Assembly (NCBI GenBank): GCA_964514465.1
Contig: CAZERQ010000004.1
Span: forward strand, 1-45,827
DNA length: 45,827 nucleotides
Origin: an uncultured Acidimicrobiales bacterium
GTDB lineage: Bacteria > Actinomycetota > Acidimicrobiia > Acidimicrobiales > Hopanoidiivorantaceae
Direction of reading: 5' to 3'
Of the stretch, positions 1 to 8,238 are shown in pieces. The first letter of the stretch is position 1. Every line of letters starts with the position of its first letter. A model generated the notes under the pieces. That model was not told the DNA's origin and did no database searches. It was given only the letters and a program-made list of their open reading frames with translations. The position numbers were made by a program, and so were the translations under genes.

Positions 1-2184
1 AACTGGCGCAAGGATCCGACTTGGGGAGAGCAATTCCACGTCAAAGACACCCTGTGCGAGCTTGACTTAAACCTTGCCGGGCTCAAGCTCTATCTGGCTC
101 AAAACCCCAAATTCCGTGGCATCGGCCCCAAGATAGCCCAAAATATTGTCCAGCACACTGGCCCAGACTTCGAACGGTTGCTGCGGGGAAACCCAGATGA
201 GCTGCTGAGCATCAAACGCCTGGGCAAAAAACACGTGGCCACCTTGGTGAGGGTTTGGGACAAGAACCATCCTCGCAATGTGATCCGAACCTGGCTCCAC
301 AGCTATGGCCTGACCCATTCCCAAGTCGAACAGCTAGTCTTTGAATTCGGCAATGACTGCCTGCTGGCCCTGAAACAAGACCCTTTTGAGCTGCTGGGAA
401 AAGACGGCTTGGGATTCAACTTCAATCAAATTGACAAGATCGCACAAAAACTGGAGTTCCCCCTTGACCACCCATCACGGCTCAAGGCTGCGCTGAAGCA
501 TCAGGCGAACAGGGAGCTCATCAATGGCCACTGCTGGACCGACAGGGACGAACTGCTCGCAGGCACGAAAGCATTTTTGTCTTCGTCTGAGCGCCTGCCA
601 ACAAAATCAGACCAGATCGAGATCAGCTTGGAGAAACTAAACGATGCACTTAACGCTCAATGCGCCAAAGGCGAGTTGGCCAGCGACCGGCTTCGCGCCG
701 GCAGCACAACCATTGTCGGCCTGCCTGATATACGACAGAAGGAAGCCGACCTAGCCAAGCTGTTCAAGCACGCACACATCCACAACCCGCTGTCAGCCGC
801 AAACCTTAAATCCGCCACCGAGCAAGTCATCAAAGATTCCGACTTGAACGCCAAACAAATCCAAGCGATCAAGACCGCCCTGAGCCACGGGCTGAGCCTC
901 ATCTCTGGCGTGGCCGGCTCCGGCAAGACCCGTGTCATCTCAGACATATACAGAATATGCATCCGGGCCGGCCTGAAAGTTGCGCTGACTGCACCCACCG
1001 GCAAGGCCGCCAAGCGCATGGAGGAAGTCATCGCCGAAGTCGCCGGGCCACTGGGCAAAAGCAAAATCGCCAGCCGCGCCGCCAGCGCCCCCGACGGCGA
1101 CGAAGACGACGACCAAACCCCAAGAACCATTCACCGTCTGCTCAAATGGGACAGCATCGATTTCAACATCGGCCGCAACTCTCCTCTGGAAACAGACGTG
1201 GTCATTGTCGACGAGTTCTCCATGGTGGACGTGCCGCTGGCTTGGCATCTGTTCGAGGCCATCAACCCGACCACAACCGCGGTGATCCTGGTGGGCGACC
1301 ATCAGCAGTTGCCGCCGGTTGGTCCGGGGAACATCTTGCGTGACCTGATTAACAACAACTCCCTGCCCACCGTAATCCTCACCGACGTCATGCGTCAGGA
1401 AGACGAGCTGCCCAACAAGTGCGCGGAAATCCTGGAAGGCACGGTCGGAACTTCCACACCTCCCGACTCGGACGGAACCATTGCCTGGTCGGTAAACCCA
1501 AACCTGCACGACCCACAGGAGTTGCGCGACTATCTGGTGGAGCTGTTTGAAACCCGCCTCAATGCCCGGGGCTTTGACATCCTAAAGGACGTGCAGGTGC
1601 TGACACCGCAGAGGAAGGGCCCGCTCGGAACCCGAAGTCTGAACCGCCTGATCCAGGCCACCATACAAAGGAAACTTTGGGGCGTTGACCTCAAGCTCGA
1701 TGAACCCGTCAATCCCGCCGAACCAACCAACACCGATGCGCGGTCCAACACCACCGAGCCAGCCACAGCATTTCTCAAAGGCGACAAAGTCATTCAAACC
1801 AGAAACAACTACAACTTGGGCGCCAACGGAATAATGAACGGCACCATCGGCTACATAACCGACAGGGATGCCAGAGGAAAGCTCAGCATCAAATTTGACG
1901 GCGAGAGCGAACCGGTCGTAATCAAACCAAAGTCGCCCGAAAGAGACGACCTTGACCTGGCCTACGCTCTCACGATCCACAAAGCGCAGGGTTCGGAGTT
2001 TCCGTGCGTGGTCTTGGTCATCCACAGCGACCATCACTATATGCATCATCGCAATCTGTTCTACACGGGCGTCACCCGAGCCCAAACGACTGCCGTTACA
2101 TTGGGAGACGAATGGGGTATGGACAATTGTGCCGAGAAAAAACAGGCTGACAACCGGCGGACATATTTGTCGCACCTGCTTTGA
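1..2184 (+). CDS. recD2: RecD2-like SF1 DNA helicase, 5'-truncated by the window edge
   Basis: Frame 1 is open from nt 1, so the TTG at 178 in the ORF track is internal. HhH-like GIGPKIAQNIV, Walker A GVAGSGKTR, Walker B VVIVDEFSMV, LVGDHQQLPPVGPGN, and C-terminal YALTIHKAQGSEF / LFYTGVTRA form the RecD/TraA-type SF1 helicase motif set. Confidence 0.85.
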   Translation, partial: NWRKDPTWGEQFHVKDTLCELDLNLAGLKLYLAQNPKFRGIGPKIAQNIVQHTGPDFERLLRGNPDELLSIKRLGKKHVATLVRVWDKNHPRNVIRTWLHSYGLTHSQVEQLVFEFGNDCLLALKQDPFELLGKDGLGFNFNQIDKIAQKLEFPLDHPSRLKAALKHQANRELINGHCWTDRDELLAGTKAFLSSSERLPTKSDQIEISLEKLNDALNAQCAKGELASDRLRAGSTTIVGLPDIRQKEADLAKLFKHAHIHNPLSAANLKSATEQVIKDSDLNAKQIQAIKTALSHGLSLISGVAGSGKTRVISDIYRICIRAGLKVALTAPTGKAAKRMEEVIAEVAGPLGKSKIASRAASAPDGDEDDDQTPRTIHRLLKWDSIDFNIGRNSPLETDVVIVDEFSMVDVPLAWHLFEAINPTTTAVILVGDHQQLPPVGPGNILRDLINNNSLPTVILTDVMRQEDELPNKCAEILEGTVGTSTPPDSDGTIAWSVNPNLHDPQELRDYLVELFETRLNARGFDILKDVQVLTPQRKGPLGTRSLNRLIQATIQRKLWGVDLKLDEPVNPAEPTNTDARSNTTEPATAFLKGDKVIQTRNNYNLGANGIMNGTIGYITDRDARGKLSIKFDGESEPVVIKPKSPERDDLDLAYALTIHKAQGSEFPCVVLVIHSDHHYMHHRNLFYTGVTRAQTTAVTLGDEWGMDNCAEKKQADNRRTYLSHLL

Positions 2185-2238
2185 CACTTGCTCGGTCGGC
2201 CAAACCAGACGTTGCGCCGCTAGCCCACCCGTTTGCCG

Positions 2239-3765
2239 CTAGCCCACCTGCTCGCCGTCGATCCAAACTTTGCTGACCGGATTCTCCGGCATTGCCTCGG
2301 CAACCTCACCCCAAGGCGCCGACAGCAAACACAGATCCGCCACCGCCCCCGGCATGACCAACCGCGGTGGCCCACCCGGATCCGCCAAGTCAGCCAAAAA
2401 CAAACACAAGGCCTGCTCGGGCGACAGCCGTTCCGACTCACCCAGCACCACTCCCCCGGGTTGGGTCTTGCGTTCAACTGCAGCCCAAATCGCCCGCCAC
2501 GGATTCGGCTCGCCAAACGGTGCATCAGTGCTGCCCGCCACCAGCAATCCAGCACCCAGCAAACCCCGGCAGCGATACAACCACTCCTGATCGTCTGCTT
2601 CCACTTCGCTCAGGTATCTGTCGCCCCTTTCGGCCACAAAGTTCGGCTGGGTAACCACCCGCAGGCGGTGCCCCAACATGGCTTCCACCAGATCGGGGGG
2701 AGCGACACTGGCATGTTCCACCCTGTCGCCCGGCACCGAGCCAACCTCATCCAGCACTGCCAACAGCAAGGCCAACGAAGCGCGGCTGACGCAGTGAACC
2801 GCCACCGGCCGGTCGGATTGGCGCGCGTTTGTTGCCTTAGGAGTGTCTACGGCCCGGCGCGCGCTTGCACTCTGGCGGGCATCCGAAATTTCCTGAGCCA
2901 ACTGATCAAACGACGGCAGGCTGTGTTCTGACAAAATGATCTTGTGTGGCCCGCCTCCCACTTCGCCGCCTGAACTTGCCTCCGCTTCGGGCACCATCAG
3001 CTGCAACTTTTGCGGCAGCGCGCCCCCGCGACCCAGCGCGCTCCCGCGACCCAGCGCGCTCCCGCCCCTAGCCCGCGAAAAAAACTCAGCCTCCCGCGCG
3101 CCATAGCCCGGGGTGGCGTCGGTGACTCCCGTGACTCCGTAACCCGCCAGCAGATCACCCACCCGGCGAAGCTGGCCGGCAGCGTTGGACTGCTCCAAAT
3201 CCTGCAGGCGCACCAAACTGTCGCTGCGGAAAAACCGACCGGTCGGCTCACCACTGTCGTCTAACTCCGCGCCAGCCGTCTCCCCAGACAAACTCAGAAG
3301 CTCCATCGCCAAGCTGTTGAACATCCACAGTGCGCCGCTGGAATGCTGCACCCGCACTGGCCGCCCAACCACCACACGATCCAGCTCCAACCGACCCAAC
3401 TCCCCTGCCACGGATTCGTGGTAGCCCACTGCCCTAATCCAGTCGGCGGTGAACTCAGTTGCGGCGACTAAGGCTTGACAAAATTCATCCCATCCACCAA
3501 CTTCAGGCGGGCCGACACTAACAGAGGTCAAAGACTCGGCCAGCGCCAGCAGATGTATGTGGTGATCGTGAAGACCGGGAATCAGCGCCGCCCCGTCAGC
3601 ATCGATTTCCATGTCAAAGCCATCCAGGTCATAACCCGAGCCGTCCAAGGCAGCACCCACCGGCAGCACCTGGCTGACCTTGCCGTCCGACACGACCACA
3701 TCGGCCAGATACCTGCCAGCCAAATCCGACTTCAACAGCTCGGCGTTGTGAATCACGAATTTCAT
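2239..3765 (-). CDS. Amidohydrolase-superfamily metal-dependent hydrolase (Amidohydro_3-like)
   Basis: N-terminal HxH metal motif (GLHDHHIHLLA), then VAVHCVS, GDRVEHAS and GSTDAPFG in the order expected for TIM-barrel amidohydrolases. The start overlaps the stop of the upstream CoA-transferase gene (ATGA, 3762-3765). Carries an in-frame 18-bp x3 repeat (GSALGR). Confidence 0.75.
   Translation of the reverse strand: MKFVIHNAELLKSDLAGRYLADVVVSDGKVSQVLPVGAALDGSGYDLDGFDMEIDADGAALIPGLHDHHIHLLALAESLTSVSVGPPEVGGWDEFCQALVAATEFTADWIRAVGYHESVAGELGRLELDRVVVGRPVRVQHSSGALWMFNSLAMELLSLSGETAGAELDDSGEPTGRFFRSDSLVRLQDLEQSNAAGQLRRVGDLLAGYGVTGVTDATPGYGAREAEFFSRARGGSALGRGSALGRGGALPQKLQLMVPEAEASSGGEVGGGPHKIILSEHSLPSFDQLAQEISDARQSASARRAVDTPKATNARQSDRPVAVHCVSRASLALLLAVLDEVGSVPGDRVEHASVAPPDLVEAMLGHRLRVVTQPNFVAERGDRYLSEVEADDQEWLYRCRGLLGAGLLVAGSTDAPFGEPNPWRAIWAAVERKTQPGGVVLGESERLSPEQALCLFLADLADPGGPPRLVMPGAVADLCLLSAPWGEVAEAMPENPVSKVWIDGEQVG
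3016..3069. repeat. 18-bp tandem repeat x3, in-frame in the amidohydrolase gene
   Basis: CAGCGCGC(C/T)CCCGCGACC x2 plus a diverged third copy. Encodes GSALGR-type hexapeptides. Confidence 0.85.
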
Positions 3766-5018
3766 TGTGTGTCACCATTGGACGAGGAAGCGGTAGCCGC
3801 CGCGGAAGCGGCCACGCCATCGGCCAGCCATCTCGCAACTCCCGCCATTGGAATGTCCAGCACCACGCCACCTGTGCGTGAGTGGTCTGCGCCAGACCAG
3901 ACATCCAAAACCGCCGCGGCCGCATAGGCACCGGTGGCCGGATCGGCAACAGCATCACCCACAAAACACGGCAGCCCCGAAGCACAGTCACCCGGCCCCG
4001 ACCAGACCAAACCACCTGCAGCGGCCGCATCATCGCCAAAAGCCACCCGTCCGGTCTGTCCGCCAAGCAGTCCATAGCCAGTAATCCCAACCCAGATGCC
4101 GCCGCTTTGCGCCACCACCTCACAGGGATCAACGCCCAGCTGCTCCAGAGCCCTCGCCCGGCAAGATGAAATCACCACATCGGCCTCAAGCAAGAGCCCA
4201 ACCAGCCGATCCCTGCCCGCGGTGGTCGCAAAGTCGACAACGCAATGCTGCTTGGCCGAGTTCAGCCGGTCATAAAACTCGGGCTGGCCCAGTTTGATGC
4301 CGTCAGGCCTGGCGGCGCTTTCAACCTTGACAACATCAGCACCCAGTTGCGCCAGCAGATTGCCGCACAGCGGACCCGCCCACATGGACGACATGTCCAC
4401 GATCTTGGCCGACGCCAGGCTGTCGCGTTGGCGCCTGGGGTGTTGGTCTTTGGCTTTTGGACGACTATGTGACTTGATTACAGATCCGACAACGGACGCG
4501 GCCTTGTGAACGGACGCGGCCTTGTGCAAGCTGTGGCCGCCGCCCAAAAAGCTGTCCACCTCACAAACCGCCAACCCGAGTTCCGCGGCGCTGGCCTGCA
4601 GTCGGACGCCGGGGCATTTGGCCACCCACTCGGTAATCGCTTCCCAGTCGCCCCCGCGATCCCTGCTGCCTCCGTCATCCCGTCCGACCACAGCCCCAAC
4701 ATATTCCCCCGATGCCAGCGACAACCAAGCCACAACCATATCCCAGTCGCAAGCCCGCGGCAAATTGACAGCCACCACACCGTCGCTTGCCCGCAACATC
4801 CGGCACGCACCCCCAACCGAGACAGACTCCCGTCGGCTCCACAAATCAGCAGCTGACAAACCCAGCAGCTCAGCCCTATCGGTGAGCAGTCGCTCGCCCG
4901 GAAACCGACCATGCGCCCCGGCATCAGCAGCCAGCAAATCAGCCAGCGGCTCCGCCAAGCGAGCCAACTTTTGCATCAAATCGCCCCAAGCCTTAAATTG
5001 TGTAGCAAAATTTTTCAC
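3762..5018 (-). CDS. Family III CoA-transferase (CaiB/BaiF-like) with about 200-aa N-terminal extension
   Basis: KIVDMSSMWAGPLCGNLLAQLGADVVKVESAARPDG matches the family III CoA-transferase signature, followed by ADVVISSCRARALEQLG and FGDDAAAAGG. The signature starts near aa 205 instead of near the N-terminus. Contains an in-frame 18-bp x2 repeat (HKAASV). Confidence 0.75.
   Translation of the reverse strand: MKNFATQFKAWGDLMQKLARLAEPLADLLAADAGAHGRFPGERLLTDRAELLGLSAADLWSRRESVSVGGACRMLRASDGVVAVNLPRACDWDMVVAWLSLASGEYVGAVVGRDDGGSRDRGGDWEAITEWVAKCPGVRLQASAAELGLAVCEVDSFLGGGHSLHKAASVHKAASVVGSVIKSHSRPKAKDQHPRRQRDSLASAKIVDMSSMWAGPLCGNLLAQLGADVVKVESAARPDGIKLGQPEFYDRLNSAKQHCVVDFATTAGRDRLVGLLLEADVVISSCRARALEQLGVDPCEVVAQSGGIWVGITGYGLLGGQTGRVAFGDDAAAAGGLVWSGPGDCASGLPCFVGDAVADPATGAYAAAAVLDVWSGADHSRTGGVVLDIPMAGVARWLADGVAASAAATASSSNGDTQ
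4491..4526. repeat. 18-bp perfect tandem duplication, in-frame in the CoA-transferase gene
   Basis: AACGGACGCGGCCTTGTG x2 encodes HKAASVHKAASV. Confidence 0.9.
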
Positions 5019-5048
5019 AAGCTAAAATTATTCTAACGGAGGTTTCAC

Positions 5049-5351
5049 ATGCAACTAAAAGCAGGCACAAGATTGATAAGCAGCGTATGCAGCACCGAGG
5101 CGGTGGTGGTCAAGGCACCCGACCAGGACATTGCCGTGACTTGCGGCGGCGCGCCCATGTCGACATCGGGCGACGCAGCAGCAGGCGAACTTTCCCCCGA
5201 TGCCAGCGGCGGCACTTTGCTCGGCAAACGATACGTCAACGAGGACGAAAGCCTGGAGCTTCTGTGCACCAAACCGGGCGACGGATCGCTTGGCATCGGC
5301 TCTTACCTGCTGTCGGTCAAAGAGACCAAGCCTCTGCCAGCTTCGGACTAG
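5049..5351 (+). CDS. Small hypothetical protein (100 aa)
   Basis: ATG is preceded by a strong Shine-Dalgarno (taacGGAGGtttcacATG). The ORF sits between the CoA-transferase and acyl-CoA synthetase genes. No family recognised. Confidence 0.55.
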   Translation: MQLKAGTRLISSVCSTEAVVVKAPDQDIAVTCGGAPMSTSGDAAAGELSPDASGGTLLGKRYVNEDESLELLCTKPGDGSLGIGSYLLSVKETKPLPASD

Positions 5352-5373
5352 CGACCTGCCGAACTCGACACCG

Positions 5374-5412
5374 CCCCCCCCCAAGCGACACCTAGCACCC
5401 GCGCCCCCCCCC
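5374..5412 (+). repeat. Two C9 homopolymer tracts 30 bp apart in the 5' region of the acyl-CoA synthetase gene
   Basis: C9 at 5374-5382 and C9 at 5404-5412, within the 81-bp spacer between the small-ORF stop (5351) and the ATG at 5433. Confidence 0.9.
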
Positions 5413-5432
5413 GCCAACCCAACCACCCTGCG

Positions 5433-6929
5433 ATGAACGTCATAACCCTGCTGGACATGGCCCGCAACTGCTTCCCGGACCGCCCGGCGCTCACCTGCGG
5501 CAACCGCCACCTCACCTACCAGGACATATACGGCCTGTCGGCCAGGGCAGCCCGCCACATCCGCGACAGCGAGGTGGATCACGTGAGCCTGATTGACATC
5601 TCCTCGCCCGCGCTGCCGGTGGCTTTCTTCGCTTCAGCCCGGGCGGGCAAGCCGTTCGCCCCCCTGAACTATCGCCTCTCCAAATCCGACCTGTCTGATC
5701 TGCTCGGGCGGATTTCACCCGCACTGGTGATCTGCGGCCACGACTATCAAGACCAGATCAAGCCGTCAGCCAAGCTCAGCCAGATAAGCAGCGAAAACTG
5801 GCTCGGCGCAAACCCAGACGGAAGCGACCCAGATGAAGACTGGGACTCTGACCCCGAAGCCACCGCAGTTCTGCTGTTCACCTCCGGCACAACCGGCGGC
5901 CCCAAAGCTGCCATCCTGCGCCACCGCAACCTATTCACCTACGTCACCGACAGTGTTGAATTCATGAGCGCCGGCCCCGAAGAGGCAGTCCTCACCGCCG
6001 TCCCGCCATATCACATCGCCGCCGTGGCCAACATGCTCAGCTCGATCTATGCCGGCCGCCGCATCGTCCAGCTGCCCAACTTTGATGCCGACACCTGGAT
6101 CGATCTGGTCAAGGCCGAGCAGGTCACCCACGCCATGCTGGTGCCCACCATGCTGGCCCGCATTGCCGACCGGCTCGAAGCCCGATGCGAAACCCTGCCC
6201 AGCCTGACGTCAGTCTCCTATGGCGGTGGCAAGACCTCGCGCCCGATGGTCGAAAAGATCCTCGAGCTTTTGCCCCACACCAACTTCGTCAACGCCTATG
6301 GCCTGACCGAGACCAGCTCAACCGTCTCAATCTTGGGCCCCAAGGAACACCGCGAAGCCATCGCCAGCGACGACCCGGCTGTGCGCTCCCGTCTGGGCTC
6401 AGCCGGCATGCCACTGCCCACGCTTGAGGTTTCCATCCGCGACAGCCAGGGCGAACAGGTCGCCATCGGGCAAAGCGGCGAGATCTGGATCCGCGGCGAT
6501 CAGGTGTCGGGGGAATACCAGGGCCAGGCGAGCCAGCTCACGCCCGACGGCTGGTTCCGCACCAACGATGGCGGCCGCTTTGACTCAGACGGCTACCTCT
6601 ATATTGAAGGACGGCTGGACGATGTGATCATTCGGGGTGGCGAGAACATCTCACCGGGCGAGATCGAAGACGTCCTGCTGGCGCACGACAGTATCTCCGA
6701 TGCCGCGGTTGTGGGCCTGGCCGACCCGGACTGGGGCGAGCAGATTGCAGCCGTGGTGGTTCTCAAACAGGGCGCGCAGGCCAGCGAAGCCGAAATCATC
6801 GAGCATGTGCGCGGCCAGCTCCGCTCGCTCAAGTCACCCGATCGGGTGTTCTTCCGGGACGAGTTGCCGTATAACTCCACGGGCAAGCTGTTGCGCACCG
6901 TGTTGCGCGAGGAAATTGCCGACAGCTGA
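5433..6929 (+). CDS. AMP-dependent acyl-CoA synthetase/ligase (ANL superfamily)
   Basis: AMP-binding motifs LLFTSGTTGGPKAA, YGLTETS, GEIWIRG, TNDGGRFDSDGYLYIEGRLDD, GENISPGEIE and C-terminal PYNSTGKLLR. Confidence 0.88.
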   Translation: MNVITLLDMARNCFPDRPALTCGNRHLTYQDIYGLSARAARHIRDSEVDHVSLIDISSPALPVAFFASARAGKPFAPLNYRLSKSDLSDLLGRISPALVICGHDYQDQIKPSAKLSQISSENWLGANPDGSDPDEDWDSDPEATAVLLFTSGTTGGPKAAILRHRNLFTYVTDSVEFMSAGPEEAVLTAVPPYHIAAVANMLSSIYAGRRIVQLPNFDADTWIDLVKAEQVTHAMLVPTMLARIADRLEARCETLPSLTSVSYGGGKTSRPMVEKILELLPHTNFVNAYGLTETSSTVSILGPKEHREAIASDDPAVRSRLGSAGMPLPTLEVSIRDSQGEQVAIGQSGEIWIRGDQVSGEYQGQASQLTPDGWFRTNDGGRFDSDGYLYIEGRLDDVIIRGGENISPGEIEDVLLAHDSISDAAVVGLADPDWGEQIAAVVVLKQGAQASEAEIIEHVRGQLRSLKSPDRVFFRDELPYNSTGKLLRTVLREEIADS

Positions 6930-6947
6930 CTGGCGCGTTATTTTTGT

Positions 6948-6983
6948 CGCCACCCACCTTGCCGACGCCGCCCACCTTGCCGC
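6948..6983. repeat. 18-bp tandem repeat x2, intergenic
   Basis: CGCCACCCACCTTGCCGA / CGCCGCCCACCTTGCCGC, between the acyl-CoA synthetase stop and the crotonase-family start. Confidence 0.85.
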
Positions 6984-7018
6984 CCTCCGTTGTTGTCGGG
7001 CCTGATTTTGCCTAAACC

Positions 7019-8194
7019 ATGACAGGGCCCGTTGTCTTTGACTCCGTTGAGTCTCTGCGGAGTTTTCTGTGGCACCCGCACGCGCACGAGAATTTTGACG
7101 AATACTGTCCGCTGCTGCTGCTTGAGTTGGGCGCGCAGGCTCTGTCGTCTTTTGTCGGCGTTGGCCAGACGGATGACGAAACGCAGGAGTCGGCGCAGGA
7201 GTCGGCGCGGGATCTGGCCCGGCAGCTGCGACATTTCCCGGCAGTCACCGCGTTGTCTGTGGCCGTATCTGGCGACGACATCATCCCGGCCAACACAAGC
7301 CCAAACCTGGAGCAGCTTGTCGCGGGCTTTGACATTCTGCTCACCAATGCGGGCGCGGGCCAGCCGCCCGTCAGCCAACACCCATGGATAACAGTGCCCG
7401 ACCTGACCCACGCCATAGCCGACCTGACCGCCACGCTGAAAACCTCGCCGCAGGCTTCCATCTCCCTGGTGCAGCTGCTGCGAACCAGCGAAAACCTGTC
7501 GGTGCACGACGCGCTGATGGCCGAGTCGTGGGTGTATTCCAAACTCCAGAGCGGAGCCGAGTTCGCCCGCTGGCTGCAGACCTCTTCGGCCAAACCAGTG
7601 CTGGCCCCGGCCACCCAGTCCCTGCCGGTCATCACCCAGTCGGCACCGGTTCTGGTCGAACAGCACGGCGACAGCCTCAGGCTCATCCTCAACCGCCCCG
7701 AACGGCGCAACGCCTTCAACGCCGAGATGCGCGATGCCCTGGTTGAAGCCTTGCGTGCTGCCCGTCTGTCGCCACCCACTGGCGGCATCACCTTCAGCGG
7801 CGCGGGCAAAGCGTTCTGCTCGGGCGGCGACCTGGACGAATTCGGCACAACGCCCAACCCGGTGACTGCCCACATTGTCCGTTCGATGCGCAGCACAGCC
7901 TGGGAGATACATCTGCTGAGCGGCCACATTACCGCCAAGCTCCATGGAGCCTGCGTGGGTGCCGGCATCGAGCTGCCGTCTTTCGCTCATCGGGTCGTGG
8001 CGGCCGAAGACGCTTTTTTCTGGCTGCCCGAAGTTCGCCTGGGGTTGGTGCCCGGCGCCGGTGGCACAGCCGGCATCCCGCGGCGGATCGGACGACAGCG
8101 CACCTGTTGGATGGCGCTCAGCAACCGCCGCTTTGATGTCCAAACTGCGCTGGCATGGGGGCTGATTGACGACATTGAGTCGGAGCCGGACTAG
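7019..8194 (+). CDS. Enoyl-CoA hydratase/isomerase (crotonase) family protein with extra N-terminal half
   Basis: The C-terminal half has LILNRPERRNAFNAEMRDAL, GAGKAFCSGGDL, GACVGAGIELPSFA and LPEVRLGLVPGAGGT (crotonase oxyanion-hole and core motifs). The N-terminal ~195 aa is not a standard crotonase core but ends with a helix segment resembling a crotonase C-terminus. Confidence 0.75.
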   Translation: MTGPVVFDSVESLRSFLWHPHAHENFDEYCPLLLLELGAQALSSFVGVGQTDDETQESAQESARDLARQLRHFPAVTALSVAVSGDDIIPANTSPNLEQLVAGFDILLTNAGAGQPPVSQHPWITVPDLTHAIADLTATLKTSPQASISLVQLLRTSENLSVHDALMAESWVYSKLQSGAEFARWLQTSSAKPVLAPATQSLPVITQSAPVLVEQHGDSLRLILNRPERRNAFNAEMRDALVEALRAARLSPPTGGITFSGAGKAFCSGGDLDEFGTTPNPVTAHIVRSMRSTAWEIHLLSGHITAKLHGACVGAGIELPSFAHRVVAAEDAFFWLPEVRLGLVPGAGGTAGIPRRIGRQRTCWMALSNRRFDVQTALAWGLIDDIESEPD

Positions 8195-8238
8195 CGCGAG
8201 TCAGGCGCCGGCGCAAACCAAAACCCCACAACCCCCAA

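Noticed and set aside
2215-2251. 19-bp-period direct repeat (GCCGCTAGCCCACC x2) in the convergent recD2/amidohydrolase spacer
   Set aside because: It is a real repeat but has only two imperfect copies, and the period is not 18. I saw no terminator hairpin, so I did not call a feature.
6938-8143. 401-aa minus-strand ORF (and the 318-aa ORF at 7012-7968) opposite the crotonase-family gene
   Set aside because: Arg/Gly/Ala/Pro-rich translation with no motifs. It is fully antisense to an ORF with clear crotonase motifs. This is a typical high-GC antisense artefact.
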